DNA of 55,360 bases, the filler included, from Sphacelaria rigidula (lineage: Eukaryota), in assembly GCA_964200075.2 (NCBI GenBank). It is 2 parts of 2 records of this genome, joined end to end, with 100 filler letters (N's around TTAATTAATTAA, not from the genome) between each part and the next. Parts side by side here need not be neighbours in the genome. Positions count along the whole stretch, not along the records: positions 27,732 to 55,360 come from CAXNAA020000114.1; 1 more part is not named here. One strand, given 5' to 3'. The notes beneath the pieces are model-generated. The model ran no database searches. It saw nothing but the letters and a program-made list of their open reading frames with translations, and was not told where the DNA came from. Made by a program: the position numbers and the translations under genes. How positions within the stretch are numbered: position 1 is the stretch's first letter; every line of letters begins with the position of its first letter. Shown in pieces: positions 27,788 through 38,995 of the stretch.

Positions 27788-27864
27788 TGCGTCCGACAGG
27801 AATCGAACCAGCGACTAACTTGTGTGACGGTGTAAGAGACTACCAACTAGACTACTGATAAGTC
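27788..27864 (-). mobile_element. tRNA-derived SINE head / tRNA pseudogene (Asp-GTC-like loop)
   Basis: Minus strand: A-box-like GTAGTCTAGTTGG, CCGTCAC loop, B-box GGTTCGATTCC, 3' CGGACGCA; the 5' acceptor strand cannot pair, so it is not a functional tRNA. Confidence 0.65.
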
Positions 27865-28187
27865 AGCGCAGACTTGTCAGTAGTCTAGTTGGTTGTTTCT
27901 TAAACCGTCACAAACCACACAAATAGACGGGGGCAGACGTAATATACAGACTGGGAGCCGCAGTCGCGACGAAAAATTGATGTTTGAACTATAATACTGC
28001 GAACGCTGACCCTAACCGCAGCCTATGCCTACAGAGAGAGCCCTTGGGCAAAAGTGGTGATCTCTGCAGATCCATATCAGTGCCTGCGACGTCGATATAG
28101 GCAAAAGCGCGTTTTAGTCGTAAATATAGCTCTATTATTATACCCCTACCTAGGAGATAATTCAAGTACGAGGATCATTATTCGAGA

Positions 28188-28379
28188 GTTTCGGAAAACG
28201 CCTTTTTTGTCATTTCAGAGTGCAAATATCTCATGATCAGAGTGCACAATAAAACAAGCACCTCATCGAAAAAAGTTGAGGGGATACCACATTTGACGGA
28301 GAGGAAAATATTTTTCGTTACCCTCTGATCCTGAGATATTTTTGCACTCTGAAATGACAAACAGGCGTTTTCCGAAACT
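28188..28379. repeat. Inverted repeat, ~56-bp arms, ~80-bp spacer (MITE-like)
   Basis: GTTTCGGAAAACGCCTTTTTTGTCATTTCAGAGTGCAAATATCTCATGATCAGAG vs the reverse complement of 28323-28379; few mismatches. Confidence 0.8.
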
Positions 28380-28816
28380 ATTATTTCAATCAATCAATCG
28401 TATATTCGCCTTTATCGGCAAGTTATATGCAGAAAGTCTTTTATTTTTTTCAACTTTTTGGACGGCCTGCTGCATGCACAGGGGTGCAGTTCTAGAAAAA
28501 GTACCCGTACGTTCAACTATTATTACTGATTGGGGCCGAACTGGCCAAAACCTATAGCCGCTAGTAGTGTAAGTGTGGCGCCCGAAATTGAATCGAACGA
28601 GAGTGTGGGATTTTCAAACAATTGAAGAAGTCTTTCTTTGCGGGATTTAGGTTACGGGGCCATATACCTCCTCTCGGGAACATGTTCTGGGCTTGGTTGA
28701 TGAGAAGAACCTAGAGCATTTTTTTCTCTACCTTTCCTGGGGTGTATGTATTCCCGCGGAGGAAAAATAAGGTACCACTAGTTGGGGTAGATAAAAGGCA
28801 TTCTGAATTAATACTG

Positions 28817-30200
28817 ATCATATGTTCAGATTCATGATTATATCCGGCCGCGAATGGCTAACACGTCGGATAGTACCCCCTTTCCGCTGAGAGTGTTTGG
28901 GGAGGGAATGCGTTGAAATCATCCACGGGAAGGAGGGGCGGAGGGTGGGCAGGGGTTTAACCCTTAGACCGCGAGGGGGTAGTCTACCTGGATCATGCAC
29001 ATGTTTTCCTAGTCAAATTGATGCCGATTCCACACATGACCTACTCTCGCTGTCTAAGGGTTAACAACAGTAGGATAAGGTGAGTATATTCGAACGATGC
29101 CTCCCGCGTATTCTAGGGTCCCCCCAGTCGCATTTAACAAGCCCTTACAGGGCATTATGATCCCTCCGGGTACTTACGGAGGGGATTGAACAGCAATTTC
29201 CCCGGGGGTGTCTGTAGTCGTTCCGTTAAGAAAAAGGCTTGGGTATCAACAGCAGTTACGGTAGATGGTAGGCTTTCTATTGGTGCCGGTCATATATGTT
29301 CAGATTCATTTCTGAGTGATACCACGGTAGCCCCCGGCAGAAAAGCATAATAATAGTGATGTGGGCCGAGGCAAAGTCTACACGGGAGGTGTTGAGGCCT
29401 AGTTTCTGAAACCAGCTATTATATCTGCATTCTTCAAAATATGTTTAGAAATTATTGCAGGAATCAGCTATCTGCATTCTCCATCCTTAATCCCAAGACC
29501 TGGTTTCTGAAATCATCCATCATCTCGATGTACCGAACATACATTTCCTCGCGCCAGCTGTTTGGCCCCTTTCGGGAGGCGCTTCCGCAGCATCACACAG
29601 TGGTCCGGCCGCAAACAGCAGCACAAACTTTGGATAACACCCGTTTCCCGCTGAGATTGTTCGGAGAGGGAGAGATGCTACGGTAGGTGTGCACAAATAA
29701 TATCTGAGGTTAGAACCGTGAGGAGCCCTTTATCTCATCCAAAACACGACTCATGAGATACGTGATTGTATGGCAGGATTACTATTCCAACGTGCTAGGG
29801 TCGTCCCAGATAGATTCGCAAACGGGGATGCCCTGACCCATATTCTTCTGCATCTAGAGTCATCAGGAGTCTCTGAACTAGACAAGATTGTGCGCAAAAA
29901 GTGCACGCCTACCGTCGCAGTGCTCGAGGGGATGCATTGATTTCTTCCCCAGGAAAGGGGATGGGGGAAAGAAGGGGTCATGAGGGAGCAGGGTGAACTG
30001 AGTATCTTTTAAGTATGCCTCCCGCGTGTTCAGGGACATCGCCATTCGTGGAAAACAACTCCCATAGGACCAACGAGAACGGTATATAACACCCCCAACA
30101 TTTCTGAGGAAGAGACAGAGCGATTTCATCCCCGGGTGAGGAAAAGTGGGGGAGGTCGGGGGTGAACACTTCATTGTCCATTGAGTGCATGTGTGTTCTT
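28817..30200. repeat. Degenerate tandemly duplicated repeat region
   Basis: Shared blocks: ATATGTTCAGATTCAT (28820/29294), TCCGGCCGC...CCGCTGAGA (28843/29604), GCCTCCCGCGT (29099/30017); 29366-29430 recurs at 30889-30951. Confidence 0.55.
29669..29926 (+). mobile_element. MITE copy A (~260 bp, CGAG...CTCG termini, 2-bp TSD AG)
   Basis: TIR (C/G)GAG.GATGCTACGGTAGG.GTGCAC / GTGCACGCCTACCGTCGCAGTGCTCG; homologous along its length to the reverse complement of 33269-33530. Confidence 0.85.
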
Positions 30201-30298
30201 GTGTAAGGCCTTTTCTACCTGAAGCCATGTTGCAGAGGCCGACTGATCATTTCTGTTTCTTTCTCAGAGCTATTTTGTCCTTGTCACTCGTTTCGTTT

Positions 30299-30530
30299 CC
30301 AGGGCTCTACACGTTACACGTTCATTTTCACGTCACGATCATCACGTCTGTAAAATTTAACGTTCACAGTAGTATGTTTCGTTTGGCACGGTAAAAATAA
30401 TTAATGTTACGTGAACGTTTCTTGAAAAACTTCAACGGTCACGTCACGTTACGTTCATCACGTTAAAAAAGTCTCAACTTCACGTTTCGTTACATGCAAC
30501 ATAACATGAGACGTTCAATTGGCACGTGTA
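30299..30530. repeat. CACGT/ACGTT-rich degenerate repeat, probable old MITE
   Basis: Starts CCAGGGCTC; dense CACGTT/ACGTTA motifs in both orientations; termini not clearly recoverable. Confidence 0.4.
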
Positions 30531-31109
30531 AGGTTCGAATGTAATGTTTCATTCTGGGTATGAGTTTGATATTGTGATATCGAAATACCACGACGTATCA
30601 AGCGTTACGTCCCAAGTTCGCACCATACAGTGAGCACCAAATTTGACCTGATAAGATGAATGATATTATGATTCATTGATGTATCGGTATTGGTCGATAC
30701 CTGATGCACATCCCTACTCGACAATCAAAATTTATGGGCGGCCCTAGGGTGGCTCTCAAACCAAGTTCGACTGTTCTCGGGACGTGAAAATACATTTTTC
30801 AGAAGCTACACTCACAACTGTGATATAGCCACGGAGAGTGGCCCCGCGGTTGCCTCCCCCTCCCCCCTCCAGGGAAGTGTAATGTGTACCGAGGCAAAGT
30901 CCACATGTGACGTGTTGAGACCTAGATTCTGAAACCAGCTAGATCTGCATTGCTCGCAGTGTATTTCCAAAGAGTTGTTTGTGGAACCACCTCTATCTAT
31001 CCTCCAGCGTAAATATGAGAATCTGTTTCTGAAACAACCCGCCGTCTCGACGCGCTGTATTGCTGTTTCTTCGTGACAGTTTGACGCCCCTTTCTCTGGG
31101 GGAGGGGGG

Positions 31110-31186
31110 AAGGAGGGGGGGGGGCGCGTACTCATTTGTTGCTTGCCTTTGTCGTTTGACCATTGAGGATAAGGGAGGGGGGGGCG
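31110..31186 (-). repeat. Copy b of the C-tract-associated repeat
   Basis: Minus strand TCAATGGTCAAACGACAAAGGCAAGCAACAAATGAGTACG between two similar CGC(n)TCC(C)TT tracts. Confidence 0.7.
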
Positions 31187-33268
31187 TGACATCTCTCAGG
31201 ACGACTATTCTGGTAGTATGATTGAAAACCCCAGACGCATTGACTCCTTGACCACCAGGATCTGTCATCTGGGTGATACCGTTTTTTCTAGAAAGAATGA
31301 TTGCCCACGCTGGCGGTCGAAAGGTCAAGAATTTCCCCCTAAAACATTCCGCCCGTTGAGGTCGTGCCCAAGAGGAACGTGGCGGAACGGTCAACGAACC
31401 TTTCTTTTTGGTGTCAGAACACTGCAGTACACTACAATTCGTACGGTTGACACAGCGAGCCCTTCCCAGAGGCCCACCACCAAGCGCTCGGCGCAAACTG
31501 GGTCTCGTCCAACATTTCAGCCACCAGACAGCGGCCTTCGGCCGCTACGTAGTCAATGACAGTGATGGTTTGTCAACGTATTTCTCAGGCCCTGGCATGC
31601 AGCGTATGTTATGGGGGCATTACAAGTCGCTGGTACAGCACAGTGATTGCGTCGCGCTTTTTGTCTGCCTACGGGGAACATGATTTTTCGAACTGCGCAA
31701 ATCATTTTCGGTAGGTCCAAGAGGACGTTTCGAAACTGAAGCACGTTCCCCAGCCCAGGAACAGCACACGTTTTTGAATGCAGTTTTTCGACCTGGGTGC
31801 GGTATCACCGTGGCCGATCATTAATGAGCGTCTATGATTTTGAATGGCGATATTTTTCGGTCGGATAAGGCATGGCCTAGACCTTGAAACGCTCGGGCGG
31901 GAAATCTGTGTTTGCACATACGTTTTTCGAGTGAAAATGAAACTTATTCACCGGAACACCTATCCTAGCGGTCAAAACGTTCACACGTCCAACGAGAAAC
32001 ATTCTGAGTCGTGGCACTCGGACGAGATTTGGTCGCTGGAGTCTACACTCTGACTTGTCGTCATTACCGGGTTTGATCGTAGAAGTCGACTATATGTCGT
32101 CCTCTATTTGTGAATGTGGTGGTAGGAGTCGACTCGTAGTCTTCATCATCTCCGAATCTAGTCGTAGGTGTTGACTCTTGGTCGTTATTAACCCTTTGAA
32201 TTTCGCTGTCGAAGTCGAAAATCACAACTAAATAGGAAGTAGACGTTCGTCGTCAACTTCGTTCCAAACGAAGAGTCTGGATTGTTCACTATAAAAGCGA
32301 CCAAGTGGTGCGACCGTACAATAGGGGTAGGAGTGCACTTTTTGGGTCAAAACTTCTCTGAGGTTGCACACTTGGGCCCAGATGTTTCTCATCGAGGGAA
32401 TCCTACACGGAATAGCCTCAGAAATGCTTTGTGCCCACATACGGTAGCACCACACTACCGTGTACAACAACATGGAACATACGAAATGGGTCGCTGGCAT
32501 ACATTCACTGAAATGACCTACTTCGCGGCCGAAGAGTTATAGGCTGGTCCCACCACTACTTGAGATCGCCAAGTTCCCCCCGAGGGTTTGTTTCCCGAGG
32601 AATGAGACGTCGGACCTCAGTTGCCGAGGAGATGTTCGAATCGAAAATTCGACGGCTATAGCTACAGTACCCTCATCTTTCAAGAAAGAGAACCCGACCA
32701 AGTGATCGCCTTCGAATCGTCGATTTGCATTTGTCCTCGGAATTTGAAGCGCTGGATCTCAAACCTCGAGCGAGACTTCCAGCTTAGCTACTTCGTGATT
32801 TGGGACATTATTGGCCTCACTTGCTGGCACGTCGACAAAACCGTCTGACTTTTCCTGGTTGTTTTTTTCTCGAAGAACCGCACAGTTCGCTGCCTTCGTG
32901 TCCGCAGTATGTGGCGCGCAGGACAGAGTGCACCCTTGACCACACCATCAAAACGTTTGCTGTAGAATATATGTATTTTGTTCGTTTCCGGCGGCGAAAT
33001 TGTCCAAGTTGCTCATAGTTTCGATTGAGAAGCTTCAAAAAATGCTGGAGCGATAGACCAGAGTGCGCGGTGCACTCCAGGATGGTGGCACGATCGCAGT
33101 GATCCTCTTTGTTCTGCTACTGCCAGCTCTTGTTCGTGCCACCTTACCTGGAAAATGACTTTTTTGCCTCGAGTAACCGTACGTAGTATGTTGTGATGTG
33201 TGCACGTACGCACGTGCGTATGTATGTGTTGGGCGCATACGTTGCAAAACGTATTTTGTTTGCCTGAA

Positions 33269-33530
33269 CGAGCAATGCTACGGTAGGGGTGCACTTTTTT
33301 CTCGAATTTTTGTCTGGTTCAGGGGCTCCTAACGATTCTAGACGCACAAGAATATGGGCCAATGCATCCCCGTTTGCAGATTCATTCGGGATATCCCCAG
33401 CACATAGGAACAGTAATCCGGGCGTACTTTCGCATGTCCTCATGATGAGTCGTGTTTTTGATGAGATGAAGAGCTCCTAACAATTCTAACCTCAGAAAAT
33501 ATTTTTGTACCCCTATCGTAGCATCACTCG
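33269..33530 (-). mobile_element. MITE copy B (same family as 29669-29926; 2-bp TSD AA)
   Basis: CGAGCAATGCTACGGTAGGGGTGCAC ... GTACCCCTATCGTAGCATCACTCG; flanks AA|...|AA. Confidence 0.85.
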
Positions 33531-33827
33531 AAAGATTTTTTCAAGTTGGTCGAATAATTGCGTACACGCCACCATTTCTTGCCTTATTTCCGACGCGGTG
33601 GTTCACAGAATGTCATGTTTCTTTTGCTATTTCCGCATGTGAATTCTCAGTCTGAAATTGTCAGAAGGGAGTGTATACCATACATACATGTATGAATATG
33701 GAAACGCCGAGAGGCCGTGCTTATCGACTTAGTTTCCACTACGAAGTAAAAAGACGCGAAACGAAAGCAAAGGGAACACCATGCGGGTGGAGGTAAAGGA
33801 AAAAATGACGTAAGGTACAAACGCAGC

Positions 33828-34013
33828 AATATTCCACACCCTAGCTGGACAATATATGGTCAATAGATGCAGTAGACGGGAAGTGTACTGCATAAAGTAT
33901 AAACATATTGCAACTATTGCCGGCCGACAATAGTCGCAATAGGCCTGTACTCTATGCAGCAGTTCTTGTCTATTGCAACTATTGACCATATATTTTCCAA
34001 GGTGTGCAATGTT
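33828..34013. repeat. ~185-nt imperfect palindrome with almost no loop
   Basis: TGGACAATATATGGTCAATAG...TATTGCAACTATTG pairs with CAATAGTCGCAATA...CTATTGACCATATATTTTCCA around the centre CCGGCCGA (~33923). Confidence 0.8.
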
Positions 34014-36112
34014 TATCGATGGCTCCTCCTGGTTACAGTAGGTGGATTCGCGTGGTGCGCGTGAATTAGATGTAGTAGGCCCAGTGTAAGGAAACTCTTG
34101 TTCTCTCATGTTTTTGGCAAGAGAAGTTTTGCATGTGCTGTCTTGTGTGTGCGAGGGGGGAATAGAGAACGGATTTCCGACAATACCGAATGCATGGGAT
34201 ATGTGGGATATGTCATGCTCTTGAAGATAGGTACACTGGAGAAAACATCGTGAGGTTTTCTGATGTGCGCTAAAGGTGTGTCGAATCAGAATAAGTAGCA
34301 GCAGCCCAAAATCGTAGCACGACGCAGACATCATTCGCCGGCAACTTCGATCCGGCAGCGACCAGGACGTTTCATGCCTCGTTGCTCTATCGTCTATAAA
34401 AGGTACAGCGGTCAGCGAGTTCTTTCTCTGCGCAGAGAAATAGCATGTTGAGCCCATTTCTGTTCGCCTTTGCTGAACACGCGCAGTGTTACTTTCTTTC
34501 TCTACATTCATCATTCTGTAAAAAACACGAAAGGGAACAAGTACAGTGATTCTCTAGCACAGCTAAAACTTTTCCCGCGATTGTTGACAAGAGCTGTCCT
34601 GTACCTTCAAGTGGCCCGAAACAGGGGGGTGGAGATAGTGTGCTTGTCCATCGCTGCTAGTTGTGGGCGTCACCACTTGCGTGGGTACTACTGCAGTTGC
34701 TGTTTCTGGCAATTTCGTACACTTTTTCGGCCATTGGTATGATACCCTATTCTGCCCAAAAGAGGCTCATACTTCGACCTTATTCACGCGCGTCAGACCT
34801 CGTGCAACACTGTACCCTGGAACGGCCGACACTAGGATATGTTTCTTCGGCCATTGCCGTATACAAAATATCTAAAGCGTTGGGAAACAATTGACAACAA
34901 CACCGTAGGAAGTTGTCGCTACCATAACAGGGATATAGTACCTCGAATATGACAAACAGGGTTGACTATTACGATGAAAATGATGAACCAGAAAATAAGC
35001 GATGCACGTTCCTCAAAATATTCGCCACGTCCTGCGTTGCCGGAGATTTTAGCGACTTCATTCGGGAAGTGAACGGCAATGACACATACAGTTTCGGGAG
35101 AAGCCGGTCTGACTTCTGCTGAGTGTAGCGATCTCAGTTAGACCACAGGAGCGTGGCGGTTTTGTTTGTCTGTCGGGAAACCATAGACACATTCATCATG
35201 CATCATCGACCGTCGGAAAACCCTCTGTGGGAAATCGGAAAACAAGAGTAACCTAGGGGAATTTCAAGCGTAAACATATATAATAATGATGTATGTTTTT
35301 ATGACATAATTGTCCACGCTGCTGGCTTTAGACGGCTGGAGACCAGCCTTCGAATAGCCTCAGTTTTCGCCAGAAAGCTGTAGGCCTCGATTTGTCGACG
35401 AGACACAAACGCCGTACTGCACACACAACAACATTTCGTCAGCCGCTGAAAACATTTCTGACATGAAATCGGACCCCAAGGCCATGCTTCCAGACGCCGA
35501 AACTGGAAAAACATACCGCACTAAAACTTCAACGCGAACTGGTGCCGAAGCAGAAGCAACGCGGAGGTGATGTGTTCAATGTTTTCCCCGACGTGTATCA
35601 GAGAAGAAGAAAAACTTCTGGATCAGATAGAGAAACGACGTGCTAGACATCTTCATATAACGTCTCCCAATTACTGTACCGTGTGATACTACAGAAACAC
35701 ACATTTTGTGGGTATCTGAGGTGCAAGTGTCGATATAGTCGGTAATACAGAGAACACTCATCACCCGCCTATGCTTCATAACCAGTGTCTGTATCACACG
35801 GTCACCGTGTTCTGGATAGTTGCGCTTGCCTTCCGCGAGTCGCCTTATCTCCCTGTTTTAGCACAGCTTCACTTAGGACCTGCGCAATACAGTATTCCGC
35901 ACATGAAACCGAACATAGGGCACCAATTGGTGTCAGCATAGGTATTAAACTTTCATCATAGGGATCAAATATGTTCTTCAACGTGCATATACTCTAAGTG
36001 TACTTTTGTTCTTGACGTATTTGCGTGTCTACCACGCGTGGTGCACTTAAGGGTGCTGTCAATTGGTATTCGAAACCAATCGAGCTGTCGCAATGAATAA
36101 TTGGTACACCAC

Positions 36113-36198
36113 CGTGCTCCGTCTCGAAAGGGATGCGTGGTCAATGGTCTAACGACTAAGGCAAGCAAAAAACGAGTATGCCCCGCCCCACCCCACCC
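36113..36198 (+). repeat. Copy c of the C-tract-associated repeat (longer 5' part)
   Basis: GTGCTCCGTCTCGAAAGGGATGCGTGGTCAATGGTCTAACGACTAAGGCAAGCAAAAAACGAGTATG then C-rich tract; near-identical to the reverse complement of 55262-55340. Confidence 0.75.
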
Positions 36199-36341
36199 TG
36201 TCATCAAAATGCAAGATAATCAGTACGCTCCGGGCCGATCAATCTCAGCAGGATGCATCTCACCTTTCATGCGACTCGCCGAATACACCACGGCGCTTTG
36301 CGCATGGTGATTGATTGCGAGGCTGGCCCGGCGAAACCCGG

Positions 36342-36480
36342 CGTGCTCCGTCCCGGCTTTGTAGGCATGCGACGTCAAGGGTTGTATGACTATGGCATGC
36401 AAGATCATGAGTACACCCCCTTCCCCACCACTTCCCCCTCCCCGCCCCCTCGCCCTCCGCCCTTCACCCCCCCCTCCGTC
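36342..36480 (+). repeat. Copy d of the C-tract-associated repeat
   Basis: GTGCTCCGTCCCG...GTCAAGGGTTGTATGACTATGGCATGCAAGATCATGAGTACA then ~60 nt of C-rich tract. Confidence 0.7.
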
Positions 36481-38282
36481 CTTCAAGCTCAGCACCAATG
36501 GTGAGCCATGGAAAAAAATGCTTAAGAGCTGGTTAACACTCATTGCCCACAATTGCGTCATCAGCAATGAATGCCTTCCGGCTAATCTACTCAACAGTTG
36601 CACAACACATGGTATCGTACCCACAGCCATGGGCAACTGAAAAGAGTGACCCAGCCGGATTCTTGTTTCAGGTCAACGGGGTGGTTAGCGGTCAAGATCT
36701 ATCTCGACCACTCAGCGATCTTTCAATTGCTCTGAAATTTCACATACGTGTTCCGGGTACACTCTTGTCCAATCTCCGAGTGCTTCAACTCGTCATAGCC
36801 GCCATCAGCTCAGGAATCGAACGGAAAAATACAGTTTTGAAAACACTTACTATAGGATCGAAATATACCCAAAACTGTGGTATATCGGGGGTATGGGATT
36901 TGACGTCGTCAGAGTTTCGCTGATGATGTGCACCAAAGACCCATAAAGCCTCCTCACGGTTTCCCTTACATCTCTGTATCGTGGAAAAGGGCAGATCGTC
37001 CTCAAACTTGGCAGTCCGGTGGGTGTTGGTGTTCCAAATGAACAGATGATGATATCCGAGAATGAGGTCCTTGGCGCTGGCTGTAAATCAAGTATGGATT
37101 GCTTCTCGATCGCCTCACATATGGTAGCGGGATTTCCATGTACTCAGCCATACGAATGTGTGTGTATGACATGCTTTGGCACGCTTGCCAACTGCTGCTG
37201 CGTCGCTGTTGTAGCCCAAAACGGTGCATCACTCGTATACGAATATGCCGAGCTGAGTACCGAACCCGTTGTTGTTTTCTGGATAATCGAGTTGCACAGC
37301 GTTGTGGTGGATCTGTGTCGATGCATGCAACTGGAAACACTTCACCCGTCGCGTGATTATATTCGACAAACCTTACCCGACCTCTCCGGGAGACACGTTC
37401 CCTGTACCCCCGTGAAGTGTGCTTCTGCATTTTTCTCTGGTCTTCCACGATAAAAATCGTTGCCCTCGGTCTTTTCTGTTTCCATCTTTTCTTCTTTGTC
37501 AAGATTTGAAACAATGAACGATTGGGTTCAAGGACGGGATGGGGAGCGTACCAAAAGGGCAAAAGCGAGTTCCAATGGTAGTGGTGGTGGCGGCGGCGGC
37601 GGCGGTGCTGGTTATGGTTCCGGTTCTCTTGCTCCTCCTCCTCGTAGTGGCGGTGATGGTCGTCGTCAGCATGGTTGGGTGAGAATGAATCCCCTTGCGT
37701 GCATTGGCTTGCAGTGGAACGACTCGCTACCGTTACAAAAGTTGATAAAATGCCGTCCTCCAGGAAAAGGGGGTATCGACTGCATACGTCTCGTGCCTCA
37801 ACCAAGGCCCGCTCGTTCTAAGCGGAGGCCTGATCTCTTTGTTCACCACTTTTCTAACTTAGAGGGTCATACATCTTACGTCTCTTTACCTACCGCCACT
37901 GCTCATGCTGAGGTCGTGCCGAGTAATGATTACTGGGAAATCGGAAACGATGCAAAATCCGGAAATAACCAGAGTAACGCTTGACTTCGTTTGCACATTT
38001 ATAACAGAACAAATACGCCGGGAAAGGGAAGGACGTCGTACAGGCTATCGAGGGGGGAGGGAAGGGGGGGGGCATTCTCGTGTTAAACAGGCTCAGAAAG
38101 CAGTGGCTGTGATTATGCATGCCGGTTTGCGGTTGCTGCTTTTAATATCAAACAGCTACCGCTGTGTGCCAGGGTCCCCGAGGGACAATTATATTCCCCC
38201 AACTGATGAATGACGGCAAAGTTGATGATCATGGCGATACCCGTATAAATATCAGCACAACCCCCGACTCCCCCCGGAGGAA

Positions 38283-38995
38283 TTGGAACTCAGAAGGGAC
38301 AGAATCTTGTCGCTGTACAACACAAAAACATCACCACTTGCCACTACCCCTCTGGCCCTCCCCCTCGCGATCCAACCTACCCCCCCCCCTCCCCGCCCGA
38401 CCTCGGACCCTGGTCGACATTGCAAATCACAGCCCTCTGCGCCCGCGGTCTCGTCTAGTGGGCCTCCAAAGAGTGTCCCTGTCACGCCCTCATGGTATCA
38501 ACCATCGCTATGGGTAGCCTCCACCACAGTCGCGACAGCGGCCCCGGTGGCTCCGGCGGCTCAGGCGTCAGTTGCGTCCGTGCCGCCATTATTTCCTTCA
38601 ATGGCTAGTGGAGCCATCCCTAATGCCGCGGTCACGACGGCACCGACAGCAGCAGCGCCCTCACCTGCCGCTACCAACACGGGAATGCCATGGGGAACTC
38701 TAGGATCTACGGCGGCGGCAAACCCGTTTCTAGGACCCATGGGGTTGGCCGTGGGCACAGGTGCCCCGATGGCAACGCCCGCCCCAACCCCTTCTGCAAT
38801 GGGCACGGCAACCCACTACGCTGGGGTTTACAGCGCCCCACACCACCAGCAGCAGCACCAGCAGCAGCAACAAGCACCAGCATCGCACGCTCCGATGTTC
38901 TTTGTCAACACGACTGGAGGACCAGCAGCACAGTTGCCCATCCCATCGCAGGTGATACCTCAGGTAGCTCATGCAACACAAACTACATCACGTTG
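38283..38995 (+). CDS. Possible Pro/Ala/Gln-rich low-complexity exon (gene or pseudogene, unknown)
   Basis: Stop-free GC-rich frame with coherent low-complexity composition and a G|gtacgt donor at 38996; neighbouring frames are interrupted. Confidence 0.35.

Noticed and set aside
27788..27864. Functional tRNA-Asp gene
   Set aside because: A and B boxes are present, but the acceptor and anticodon stems do not pair.
33729..34514. 261-aa minus ORF
   Set aside because: Random-like composition, runs through a palindrome, no domain or splice support.
37002..37805. 267-aa minus ORF
   Set aside because: The Arg/His runs are the antisense reading of plus-strand GGC/GGT repeats.
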